Positions 51,433-64,000 of a stretch of 64,000 nt of DNA are shown piece by piece (within the stretch, counting starts at the first letter, position 1; each line of letters opens with the position of its first letter). The translations under genes and the position numbers were made by a program. This DNA is from a virus (taxonomy: Duplodnaviria > Caudoviricetes): positions 1 to 64,000 of the IMG/VR virus record IMGVR_UViG_3300031992_000077; one strand, 5' to 3'. A model generated the notes under the pieces. The model ran no database searches, was not told the DNA's origin, and worked only from the letters and a program-made list of their open reading frames with translations.

Positions 51433-54400
51433 TTACCAAGTACCGCAGTCTATCTCTAACCCATTGGCTGTTATTTCAAAAGTTCCTTCTTCACCATCTG
51501 TACCAATATAAATTACTTTTCTATTCACAGTTGGCCGAATTACTAATAACTAATTAGCAACTTCACTATTTCCGCTCATTTTTGGCGCATTAGCATTCAT
51601 AACAAAGAAATTTTTTCCATATAATAAATTAGGGGTTACTCGATATAAAGTAAATAAATTATTATAAGTAAAAGAATATGTAGAAGTCCCATAAGGAGTT
51701 TTACTATTTATCTACTAGAAACCTAAAGTAACTGTCATTACAGCGCCAAAATAAATAATATCGTTTATTATAGAACTTAAACTTCTAGAAAATATATCTC
51801 CTCCACTAGACATCTAAGTAGACGTTAATGTTTCCTATGCGCCAAGATTTGCGTACCCATCACTCGGTCGAATAGAATATTTAGGTTGTATTTTCACAGA
51901 AGAATAACCAGTGCTATATTTTGTAGTAGAGTCTAAAGCTCCAAAATCAGAACAAGACCAATTCATCTAAGTTTCTGTAACATTAGTAAAATCAAAATTA
52001 ATACTAGCTGAATCAAATCTAAAATGAAAACAAGATTTTAAATTACCACCATCAGTTTCAGAAGAATTACCATTATTCAATACTACTTTTACTTTAAAAT
52101 CTCGCGCATTACCAGTAGTATTTTTAGGAACAGAATAATTTATTTTTTTCTCTGTTTTTAAAGTATAAATTCTTCCATCTGGACCATTCCAATCAGAATC
52201 TGCAACATCTACAGTACCTAATACAGTAGTTCCTAACATCAAAGAAATAGTAGCATTTTGATTAGCATAACATTTAAGTTCTTTTAATCCTACTTGCAAA
52301 GTTTGACCTTCAAATATATGATAACGAGAGGTTGTATCTTTATTATTATAGCTACTTGGTATATCTTCAAAACTCCCATCTGTCATTTTAATTCGTAAAG
52401 TTGGAGTTCCTATACTAGAAATCCCTTCAACAAAATTAACCGTGAAAGTTTTAGTACCAGCAAAATTAGTCCCAAAACCATTTTTTGCTACTACTTTCAA
52501 TGTAACAGTATAACTACTATTAGGAGCATTTGTAGTTCCTATTAATGTTTTCCACTACGCAGTTGTAATATTAGGAAAATTTAATGATACATTAACTGTA
52601 CCAGAACTATTAGTGGGTGTGCCAGTAGGAGAAATTGCCTAAGCTCGACCGCCGTATTCTAAAGTAGTAGTATAAATATCATTATAACTTGTAGAAACAT
52701 CCTACCCACTAGCCCAACTAGTAGGCTAATTAGTAAAAGTTATATTTACAGCATTTGTGGTATATGGTTTAATAGTAGATATAGTAGATATATTTGGAGT
52801 TATATCATTCGCGCGCATATAACCAGTAGTAACACTTGTAGTAGTAGTCTTTGTATTACAAGTATATTTAATACGAAAATAATAAGTGGTTCCTCTTGTT
52901 AAACTAGTTAAAGTTGCATCACTATATTCTGTACCACTAAGAGAAATAGTTGAAAAAGAACTAAAATTACTTGTAGTTGAATACTATAATTCTCTAGTAA
53001 GACCGGTATTATTTTCATTATAATAAAATCTCATTCCGCCATCAAAATGCGCGGCAGCGGTATTAGAAGCATTACTCGCAGCTTTCTAATTTTTTATTGA
53101 ATATATTGATGGCGCGGCGGGAATTGCAAAAACTGTAGTAGTATCCTTTTCCACCCACTCTCCTAAATCATCTGTAACCCTTAATCGTAATTTATAAGCA
53201 GTATTAAAGGTAGCACCGTAAGATGTTACATCAATATTAGATAATGAAGTCGCGTTAGAAATATTAGTCGATGTCCCAAAAGAAGTAGTATCTACCCCGC
53301 TTCCAACTAATAATTTCCACTAATAAGTTAAACTAGTTCCCGTTACACCACTTGCACTACCGTTAATATTTTTTACGTATCCATCTCTTTTACTAGGGCT
53401 ATATGATGCCACAGCACTCATTGTAATGGAAGATATAGTAGGAGGTGTGTTTTTTGTTATACTTGCAGAAGTATAAGAACTACTATATTCTAAACCATCA
53501 TATGTCCAAAAATAATAAGTTGCAGCATCACTTAAAGATGACTATAAGGGAGAAGTAAACTTCTATTTAGTTCCAGCCGCAGAAGTTGCATACCATAATG
53601 TTCTTGTTTGACTAGTATTACTATCTGCACCTGCTGTTACTGTAAAAGTTACAGTTGTACTACCAGTGGATTTTATACGAACTGGTGTTGCACTGACAGA
53701 AGGCGCTGCTGGTAAACTATTTACTGCGCCACCACTTCCGCTCTTCCAACCAGAATAATATGAAGAACCTGCTGCACCTTTTGTGCGAACAATTGCATAA
53801 AAAGCAGAGCCTCTAGTCGCTGAAGAAGATATTGTGAAATTTTTAGAACCAGAAGTTTGAGTAGAAGACACACTCGCAACTCCATCATAAGAAGAAGTAG
53901 TTGGCGCGCTGCCTATTTTATAATAAACATCATATCCAGTTACGCTTCCTTCAAGATTATCTGGATTATCTCCTTTTGCTCCACTCCAAGAAACAGTTAA
54001 AGTCCCACCTGGTTTTATAATGCCAGAATCAATAGTTACAGAAGTTGGCGCGGTACAAGCGACATAACTTAATGTGTAATTTAATGTTACACCAGTTATC
54101 TCCGCAAGTCCTCCCTCTCTATTCTTATTGGGAGGAGTAATAACAAGCCACCCCTATCCAGCGGTTACACACTACTTTAATTGATTAGTGATATTAATCG
54201 CATTCGCTGCATTGGCTCCAGTAAAAGTTGCTTTTGTGCTATGGAATTTATCACTAGAATGACTAGTAAACTCAGTTACGCTAGAACTACTACTTGCAGG
54301 CGCGCATACATAATATGTACTTCCAGATAAAGAAGAATTTTTCAAAGTAAGAGTCAGAGTTGCGCTCCCAATCGCCGCACTTGTTACTCCGCTCGGTAAT

Positions 54401-54714
54401 GAAAAATTAATTTTAAATTGATAATTCTCAAAAGCTTGCGTCGCAGACCAACTACAATAATAGGTAGTAATTCCAGTCCCAGAACCTAGATATGGAGTTC
54501 CGACTGTTTTTTGTCTGACACCTCTAATAGCTCCTAAATAAATTGTAGAGGCTGTGCCATTCGTCCAGTTTCCCTCAGTTAAAGCCCCTGATGCCGCGGC
54601 GCTTGTAGCGGCATCTTTAGCACCAGCAGAAGTACCACCAGAAGCAGTCCCGCTCCCACTATAAGTTACAGTCTAGTAATATTTATTATAGCTAGAAATA
54701 CTAATTGTTGCCAT
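51433..54714 (-). CDS. Large tail protein with fibronectin-III-like repeats, 1093 aa (code 15)
   Basis: APTSVT...LTVSWSGA...VTGYDVYY FN3 pattern; track fragments 51967 and 53563 in the same frame; ends IDCGTW-TAA. Confidence 0.75.
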
Positions 54715-54726
54715 AATTTATCTCCT

Positions 54727-57700
54727 TTAACTCACATAAAGACAATAATAACCATTTTTAATCTTATAGTCTAACTAGGTATTATTGCTATAAAATATTA
54801 TTTCTCCATCATTCTATACTTTTCCGCCGAAGTTCCAAACTCCAGTATTTGAAACCTAAATACCATTAGTTCCATATTTTAATTCTATTTCACCATTAGT
54901 ATTATTGTCATAACCAGATATTGTTATTTCAGCCGCAGTACTACTTCCATTCTAATCTTTTATAGATCGACTAGAAAAAATAGTGGTACCTGTAGTTAAA
55001 CTAGTTCCATTAAAATAAATATTATTATTATTCTCATTAAACTAAATAAAATTAGTTCCTGTAGAATTAGCATAATGAGTAAAACCTAAATTATTAATAT
55101 TTAAAGTTAATATATCATCATTTTCTTCACCATTTGTTTCTAAATCTATATTTCCTGCTAATTTATAAAATCCAATTCCGACTTTATTATTATCAGTATC
55201 ATAAATTCTTAAACTTGGATTATTACCACTTCCATAAATAACTGGTGTTTTAATTATAGCATCTGTAATAATAGAATCTGCAATAACTGTGCCTTTAAAT
55301 TCCCCACGGCTCGCAAAAATAGAACCTTTATCAGTCACTATAAATGGAGATTTCTAGATATCATTATCAGCGAGACTATTGGCGCCACCCCAAAAAATAA
55401 TCTTTTCATTATTATAATTATTTATTCTAGTGCCGCCCCAGCTTTCATAACTGAATTCTAAATCTTTAGAAGTGTGAATACCTGCATAACTTCCAGCATT
55501 ATCTTTTGTCATTAAACTACCATGAAGAAATACATTATCTGCATAAAGTCCATAGCCATCTAAATAATTAAATTCATTATTTATTTTCTATTTTAAAATA
55601 TCTAAATCACCAAGTAAAAGATTTAAACTATAATCTATATCTCCAGTCCCATTAACATCTTTTAAACTTGTAAAAGTTTCCATTGATAATGCGCGGGGTG
55701 GAAGTATATCTCCCGCGGAAATATCATCAGAATTAATACCTATTAAAGTGTCATAATATGAAGAGCCAAATAAAGTTAAGGTTTTATAATTTTCCAAAGC
55801 ATTTTCAGCTTTTAAAATATTATAATCTGTATTTTTTAATTCTACCTAAATTTTATTTTCATTAACTTCTATAATTTTCCCGAATCTAGTATCAAATCCA
55901 GAAATTGCAACTATCTTATCACTAATACGTTTTAATACAAAATTAGTTAAATTTGAAGGTGAAACTGTTCCTCCTTCTTCATCATTAGCAATCACAATTT
56001 TCACATAACTTACCCCATCTGGAACAGTTATATTAATAGCCTAATTGCTATAAACTAAACGAGAAACATAAGTTTTATTCTAGTTGAAAAATAAAAAACA
56101 AACCCAACTAATAGAAGTTTCAGCAGAAGGATAATCTCCATTAAAAATTTCTTTTGAATTTACTTTAATAAAATCTTTAGTTCTAATTCTTGCATCACTA
56201 TCAAAAGGTTCTCCTTCATGACCAGTAGATAATGATATACCGCCCTATTCAAAAACTTCCGGAGTTAAATTAATAATATCCTCTACACTAAAATAACCAT
56301 TACTATTTTCTGATAAAGTAAATTCTATATTATTATTACCTTTATCCTATATATCTTGAATTTGGAAAGTAGGTTTAAATACAAAACTCCCGCCCATTGA
56401 ACGAGTTTTTTCTGTAACAAAATTTGCAGTATTAATAGTTGATGCAGTAATTATACTTGATAATACTTCTCCAGTAAAAACACCATCACGCGCGCGGATA
56501 ATTCCATTAAATTCACCATCTTCGGCTATTAATTTTCCAAATCGCGCGGTCACATAATCATTACCAGATTCTTTCTTAATACTCCAATTGTTACCATTTA
56601 TGTAGCCTTCATTCGTAATCTAGAAATAAAGACCATCTTCATAATAAACTGTACCACTTTCAAAACTATCACCAGTAAATAATACATACTAATCTTCTAA
56701 TAAAGTATAATAATTTTTACCTGCAATAGGACTAGAATCATTTGTAATTTTTTCATGCGGCTATATTAATTTCAAAACGCTATTATCATAATTAATATAG
56801 TCTTTATTACTCTAAGGATTTAATAAACTTAAATTTCCAATTTTTAAATATTTTTCTATTAATGCTCCAATACCTAAAGTTATATTTTTTACATAGATTG
56901 AAGACTCTTCACTTCCATTCGCAGATTTTAAAATTAAATCATCAGAATAAATAGTATTACTTTCAATATTGAAACCGCCTATTGTACCAGAATTTGAGTT
57001 AATTTCACCAGTAAAAATACCGCTAGTTGCATGAATTTCACCAGTAAAAGTGCCACTAGTTGCATGAACTTCACCAGTAATAGATAAATTGCCGCTTTCT
57101 TTATCAAATCTTAAAACAGAATCTTTATTACTATTAGTAATACTAAAATTACCATTTTTAATAGCCAATCCATCAGAAGTAAACTCTAATCCAGCATTCT
57201 ACATAGAGGCAAAAATACCACGCGCGGCATCTATAGAAAATTTAGCGATATCTAAATTAGTACCTATCTATAAAGGTATAAATTTATAAAGTGGCGCGCC
57301 GTAAATTACAATAAAATTAATACTAACAGGATTTATAGTTTCAAAAAAATCAAAAAGATAATTTAAAATTTCTTCTTTAGTTAAACCTATAGTTGTTTCT
57401 GTATCTAATTTTATTTCACCCTCTAAAGTTCCAGAATATAAAGCATTATAAAATTCTTGAATATGAAAATAATAATTATAAATATCTGAAGATGAATCAT
57501 TATCTTCGGGATGTTTATTTATATATTTTAAAAGAGCAACGGGCTTAAGAACTTCTTCTAAACTAATTTCTTTTAAAGAAACTAGACAAGTAAAATTTTC
57601 ATTAGTTATAGAACCACTAGCCCCACCATTCGTATCAATAATTCCTATTGATAGAATACTAGGAGATAAAGTATATGAAATTATTCCGTCTTCCTGCCCT

Positions 57701-57825
57701 TCAACCTATGTATACTTCTAAGCAAACTTATAAGTTGTCTCTACATTAGTACTTATACGAGCAGAATTGGCGTCTACGCCATCCCGCACTTTTGTTATAT
57801 TAATAATATTACTTTGTAATGCCAT
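54727..57825 (-). CDS. Large tail/baseplate protein with beta-helix-like repeats, 1032 aa (code 15)
   Basis: Four track fragments in one frame; GEVHATSGTFTGEIHATSG repeats; GGAGG RBS; TAATG coupling to the upstream gene. Confidence 0.75.
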
Positions 57826-60800
57826 TACGTAGACGCCTCCTCAACAGTAAAATAAATCTAAATTGAATTAAGATTTAAATAATCTAAATTAACTATATAA
57901 TCTATTCCAGAAGTAACTCTAGTAAAAATTGAATCCTAAGCATCTAAAGACACTTTAACAAAGTTCTACATAGAATCAGTTTTATAATACCAAGTTATAT
58001 TTCTTAAATTCTCCCAAGAAATATATTCTCCATTTTTATACACACTAGCTGTTAACTAAGTTACATGACCAGTAGTAGTATTGGTATTAATTATATATCC
58101 CGCAGAACTTTCAATATCATAACTATATGCTTCTGCACTTTTCCCGTCTTTCATTAATTTTAATGTTATCTACGAAGAATAGGCGCCATTAACTGTACAT
58201 TTAAGATACATTAATCCGCCAGTAAAAACCTATGCGACATCTGCATATAATATTGTAACTTTCCCATTTTCATCTATCCAACTCGCTGGAACAGTACGCA
58301 TACTTTCTGTCGTGGCCCCATATGTCCAAACTGCAACAGTCGTACCTTCTAAAGAACTTTCGTAATTAAAACTTAACCTATCTGGAGTAACAGTCCCCTC
58401 TTCATCTAATCTAAAGGTATCTCCTTCATTTTGTTTAATTCTAATCCCTAAAGTCTTCGGTATTTCACTAATACTTAATGGCCCAATAGTACCACTAGAA
58501 GCATTAATCGCGCCCTCAATCTCAACTCCGCGTGCCTTTAATGTGCCATCTTCATAAACTATAAATCTATCGGTATTCTCTTCTCCCTCTTCTCCTGGAG
58601 TAATAGTTCGATTTCCATAGACTTTAAAAACTTTATAGCCGTGTTCAGTCTGTTCAGTACCGACACCTAAATAAATCTAATTGCCATCATTAGTACCTAT
58701 ATCCATCTAAGATTTAAGCCATAAAGTACCTGTAGATTTTGTTTCTACAGTTGGACTACCGTTTCCGTCATAAAGCGCGAGGCCGTAGATTTCATTCTCT
58801 GTCCCTTCTCCGCTAATAACTCCAAACTTTCCTCGAAGTATATCCGCGCCAGAACCTTCGCTATTATACTATTTTAAGACTATATCTTCAGAAGGACTAA
58901 TTCTTACATAACCATTTCTATGCGTTGAACGCATAAATAAGCCGTTCCAAGTAAGCGCAAAGACAGAATTATTTTCAACATCTGCTAAATTAGTAAAATT
59001 AGGCTCTGTTAATCCATTAATTCCATAAATACCAAATCTATCGTAAACTACAAATCTACTTGGGTCATAAGAAGTAACCGCACCAGTTCCTTCGTCTACT
59101 ACAAAACCATAGGCTCGTAAGCCTTTACTATCCCACCTAAAAGTAGGAAAAGCTCCAGACATAATATTAATATTATCCGCATCAATAATACCCGCAGATA
59201 AATAATTAGTATTAATTCCATACCCGCTAATTGCAACGCCCCAAGTCTAACCGCCATCGGCAGAAACTAAAAGACCAGAACTTGCTAGACGGGTTACTTG
59301 TAATGGGTCACCTAAATTTGTAGCCTAGATACCGGTTTCATCCCATACAACAGACTAATCATGTGAATTCTGAATAATATAATTAGAAGTAGCTAAAGAC
59401 CTCTAAAATACGCTTTGAGAAACAGTTCCTTCGGGCGTTATTGCACTGGCCGCACGAGCGTATTCACCACTATGATATTCTAAACTTTGCGTCGCCGCGG
59501 TAATGCGTTGGAATAAATCTTCAAAATGAGATTTGTAATTTTGAACTTTTAGCTAATTTTTATCTGACTCATCTAAATATATATTAGCCTCTGTAACTAC
59601 AACAGCCTCGCGCGCGGGAGTGCGTAAACCATTAATTATTTTATAACCAAAAAATTCAGTATCTTCTACATAAGTTTTATGACCAATATCAAATTTATAA
59701 GGTTCATACCCCTCTAATTGACTTAACTCTAGAACAGAAAAATTATAACTTACTTTTGGATAAGCAGACTAATATAATACAGATAAAGCATCAAGATAGT
59801 ATAAATCATCATCTAAATAATTGTCATCTGTCCAAGAACCCTCTTGTACATAACGCGCATATTTAGTATTAAATTCTTTTTCAATTTCTTCTGTTGCCTT
59901 TGCTATTTCTTCTAACTATGATTTAATACTATCATACCGTTCCTAAGTAGCATCAAGATCATCTTTATATTTTTTCATGTCTGCTTCTGCTTTATCTTTA
60001 TTTACCATCTAAGTGGTTATTTTTTCTAAAGTAGAAACAGTAAAATTATCATCTATATAAACCTCAGCACCTAATTCAGTTCTACGGCGCGCGGCATTGT
60101 ATATATAAACTTCAGGATTATTAGAACCTACGAATTTTAAAGCAGTAACATTCGCGCCAGTCTAAAAATATGTATCAGCCTAATCCGCCGCACCACTCCT
60201 AACGTAATATACACAACCTTCTCTAAATTTAGTGGTATATAATTGCGTAAAAACTCCACCTGAAATATAATAATAAGGCTTATGAGCATCCACATATTCT
60301 GTATCACTTGTTACTTTATAATAGGTAATGCTCCCTCCAGTAGGAGTTATTGAAGTTAATCCCGCGGTCTTTATATAATAAATTTCGTTCCCATAAGCAT
60401 CAATATTAATATTATTTACAAACTAATTAAAAAAGTCTGAATATTTATAATGAGTATAAAGAACAATTGTCCCGCTTTTTGGGTCCATCATTCTTTCCAA
60501 ATCTTTCTTTGCCTCATTATAAGCTAAACTAGCGACCTAATATTTAGAACTTAAATCATTCAAAGAATTAGCAATCGGCGCCTATTCATCAATTAAATTA
60601 TTTCTTTCTTTATTTAATCGAGAAAGACGAGGATATAAACCAATACTTCCGGAAGGTAGCTCTAAATATAAATCATTGTTTAATGTAGACTAATTAATAA
60701 TTCCCTAAGAAGTATAATAATCAAAATTATATGCAAAATTCTCTTTTATGGGATTATCTTGCGCGCGAGCAATAGAACAAAAACCATTTTCTGCATATTC

Positions 60801-62996
60801 ACAATTATTATCTTTAACAATTATTTTTGTAACTATTTGCTCACTATCTAGAGTTCGATTATTATCTTTTAAGTTAATACCATATTTAAATCCTGCGTAA
60901 TTATCCTATAAGATTTCTTTATAGAATATGACTTTCTTAATTTGACGTATACGTTTTGTAGATTCATAATATTTTTTATTCTTTTCAACTTTTCCAGTAG
61001 CCTCTATGTATTTTTTCTAAGTCCAATCATATAAATAATAACCAGAAGCGGAAGCCCCAATAGTTAATTCTACTGGATTATAATAAGTATATTCTTCCGT
61101 ACTAATTCGTCCATTTAATTCATGCGTGACCTCGAATTTAACCCAACATTCAAAGGTTTCGCTTAATTGCTATAGAAGATTAAACCGATTAGTTTCTTTT
61201 GCTGTAATACTACGTATCTTCTCAAACTCTTTATCTCCTTCTCTATAAAGCGCAACATACTTATTTGGGTCAGAATCAGAAAAAACGTAATCTTCTGCAT
61301 ATATCTTCCCAAGGTTATCTGCTGGCGCGTAAAAATGATACCGTGTTTCTATGCGTACTTCTGGTATGTCTCCAGGCTCTAAAACACTACCATCTTTTTC
61401 AATATAACGATAAAACTATACGTCTTTAATATAATAATCCTAATTACTAGAAGTTTTTAATAAAAAGAAAATCCCAGTATTTGTCTTTAACTAATTCCAA
61501 GTAGCAGAATTAAGACAAACCATATCAACATATATATATCCACCAGACGCAGATTTAATAGTAGTATTATCCTCAGAATTAAAATAAATAACGTCTTCTG
61601 CATCATCCTAGTCTATCTTTAAATATTTTTTAATAATGCACCTAAAAGGTAAATCTGACAGCGTGTTAAAATTGTTGCCCGAAACTCTTCCAACGCAAAT
61701 TTTTAACCTATATTTGTCACCTTTATCAAATTTATTTATCCGAGAATAATTCTGTATTATTCCTTCATTAACCAATCTACTAGTAATAGTATTGCCAAAA
61801 TTAACAACCAGATAGCCTGCCCGCTCTAGACTAGTATTAGTAACCTATACACTTGGGAATACTTTCGCCTAAATAAATTTATTTGTATTTAAATCATTAT
61901 TATCCTGAATACTCCAATAAGATGTACCGGAAAAATTAGTAGAATTATAAATATAATTCTGTATAGAAGTAGAATCTAAATATTCTGTAGTAGTATAGCC
62001 ATAATACTCTTTATTATCACCTACTTCCGTACTTTTATATTTTAAGACCGTTTGCTCTAATACTGGGTCATAAGCACTTAGCTATTTTTTTACATAACGT
62101 TGCCCGCGATACTGTGAAATACTCACTTCTGAATTTATAAAAGTTGGCCGTTCATTAGCCCACTATACATTCTAAATATAAAGATCGTATGTACGAGTGT
62201 TATTACAATTAATTGTAATTCCATCATCTAATAAGTCTGGAATTAAAGTGCCAGTATCATTCTATACGTAAATAAATTGAAAATAATTTTGTTCCTATAT
62301 TGCAAAAGGAGTATAATAAATATAAATTCTTTTTCCACTTTCTATTACTTTATTAGTTGAAGTCCCACGAATCTTTGCTGTGATATTCTAATTTAAAACA
62401 GCAGAATATAATGCTTCCTCATTTGTCTATTCAATTATTTCCTAATCTTCTCGCGCGAGCTGCCAATCAGAGCCCTCTAATACTATACTGCCTAATTCCT
62501 ATACAGTACCCATATTATTTTCTAGTTCTGTATCTAATTCAATATTAAAGCCTGTTTTTCCTAACTCATTCGCCGCAAGACCAGTACAAGTATAAGAATA
62601 TTTATATTCTCTTCCTTTTTCGTCATCTTTTTTTACGATAAAATCATACCATTTATCTTCATATTTGAGTTTAACTTTTCTTTCATCAATTACTAAATTA
62701 ATAAGAGGATTACGTATTATTTCACCGTTTTCCTCATACTAATAATACATATCAAAAGTAAGAGTTTCAGTACCATTAATATTCTTTTTAAATATCGGAT
62801 TTATGGCTCGCGCTGGAGATGTCATGACATCAGAACCGATTGTCGCGAGTCGTTCTTCATCATAATATTGATAATCTACACTAGATAAATCATCTAAATT
62901 GGAAGTAGGCGAATTCTTTCCAGATTTCGGAGTACCTACATACATTAATAAGTCTTTCCAAATACTTATTTCATATGGTTTTTTAATTATATTCAT
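57825..62996 (-). CDS. Tal-like tail spike/central fibre protein, about 1723 aa (code 15)
   Basis: Follows Dit; KKNINGTETLTF, NRFNLL(TAG)QLSETFECW, coiled coil, AISGYGINT...AGIIDA. Frame checked over about 1.9 kb and consistent with the fragment at 58869 and the stop at 57825. Confidence 0.75.
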
Positions 62997-63012
62997 AACT
63001 ATTTACCTCGTA

Positions 63013-63969
63013 TTAGAAGTAAAGATAATCATATTCTAAAACAGGCTCTGCACCAGAATAATTAATAGGAATAAAATACCAATCTTTTCCTTGCTCATTT
63101 ACCGGTATTTTAAACCAATGTCCGGCACTAATATATTCATTATATAAATTTGTGGTGCGCGCGCCCTATGCATTTAATCCTTCAATTAAATTTGTGCGAG
63201 AATTAAAGAGTAAAAACTAGTCATTCCCTTTCTACGTAATGGTTCCATTTAATTGTAAAGTATGACTAGCTAAATCATTGGTACCATCAGAAATTTTTAT
63301 TCCGCTAATAGCCGCATTAATTGGTATCTTAAATTTAAAATCCGCCTCTACATCTCCTGGATTATAAAGTTTAAACCCAGTAGCAGAAACATAAGTATCA
63401 TAATTCCCTTTTTCATTTAATAAATTAGCACTATATTTCCACTCATCTTTATTATCATATTTATACCAAGGGGTGTTAAAACCCTCTATTACATACTAAT
63501 TTAAATATTTACATTCATTTGGTGTATGAGCGAATGGGTCATAACAAGTAAATGTAAAAGTCCCTTCACCCTTATAAATGCGCGGTCTTATATTTTTATC
63601 CTCTTCCTAATTATTAAATGGAATATAATTATATTGCGGCGTACCTGTCACTTTTGCGTAATAAACCTTATAAGGCTCTTCATCAAAAACTAAAGGATGA
63701 GACTATCTATCTCCAAATACTTTTCGCGCGAGTCTTATCTAATCTTCACTTACATTATCGAAAGCCACATTTAATATAAATTGTCTTTGAGTATAATAGC
63801 TTCCAAAAAAATAAGTGCCATCACTACCAGAAACCTAAACGGTTTTATCTTGGATTACAGGAAGTAACGCATCTGCATATCTATCAGATGAAGTTACATG
63901 TACAATCCCCAACTCGGTAGAATGGACACCATTATATGAAAAAGATATAAAATCACCTTTAATAGGCAT
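63013..63969 (-). CDS. Distal tail protein (Dit), 318 aa (code 15)
   Basis: FSYNGVHSTELGI...DKTV(TAG)VSGSDG...FDEEPYKVYYAKV...YDYLYF; AAAGGAGG RBS. Confidence 0.8.
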
Positions 63970-64000
63970 ATGTCATTCCTCCTTTAAACGCTTATATCTA

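Noticed and set aside
1556-63969. Fragmented ORFs read as pseudogenes or sequencing errors
   Set aside because: All breaks are in-frame TAG, there are no frameshifts, catalytic motifs are intact, and RBS and gene overlaps are preserved.
1-64000. Suppressor tRNA-CUA, release factor or tRNA synthetase
   Set aside because: I saw no cloverleaf or T-loop GTTCRA signature in any intergenic gap and no matching ORF; these could lie outside the window. A tRNAscan-SE/ARAGORN run would settle it.
1-64000. TAG as pyrrolysine or another amino acid
   Set aside because: TAG aligns to conserved Gln in at least six unrelated protein families, and no pyl genes are present.
63970-64000. End of a tape-measure gene upstream of Dit
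   Set aside because: Plausible from gene order, but only about 15 nt are visible, which is too little to call.

Overview
A 64-kb, AT-rich (roughly 30% GC by eye) segment of a large tailed phage. The Dit/Tal tail genes point to a siphovirus; the sigmaA extended -10 promoters, GGAGG ribosome-binding sites (RBS) and gene content point to a Firmicutes/Clostridia host. The phage uses a reassigned genetic code: TAG is read as Gln (translation table 15). The fragmented ORF track collapses into about 70 intact, tightly packed genes once TAG is read through, and every gene I traced then ends in TAA or TGA. TAG falls on family-conserved Gln positions in UvrD, GlyA, dUTPase, RecJ, NrdG and a papain-like peptidase. 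Layout: a partial endolysin-like gene (-); an RNase H/kinase block (+); a 13-kb accessory fibre operon ending in a GT2 glycosyltransferase (-); a 31-kb replication and nucleotide-metabolism block (+: ligase, UvrD, GyrB/GyrA, SSB-like, Sak4-like, DnaB, primase, RecJ, Pol III alpha, NrdDG, GlyA, ThyX-like, dUTPase, RuvC-like); a five-gene cassette of unknown function (-); and the main tail module (-). The most notable unexplained signals are four. (1) Amber usage is tiered: zero in core replisome genes, one in several nucleotide and processing enzymes, and many in late and other genes. (2) The pentamer GCGCG/CGCGC is strongly over-represented throughout the window. (3) A membrane-anchored GIY-YIG nuclease is paired with a minimal UvrD helicase. 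(4) A candidate late-promoter motif sits back-to-back with sigmaA promoters. No suppressor tRNA, release factor, integrase or CRISPR array is visible. All coordinates and counts come from manual translation; no database searches were run.
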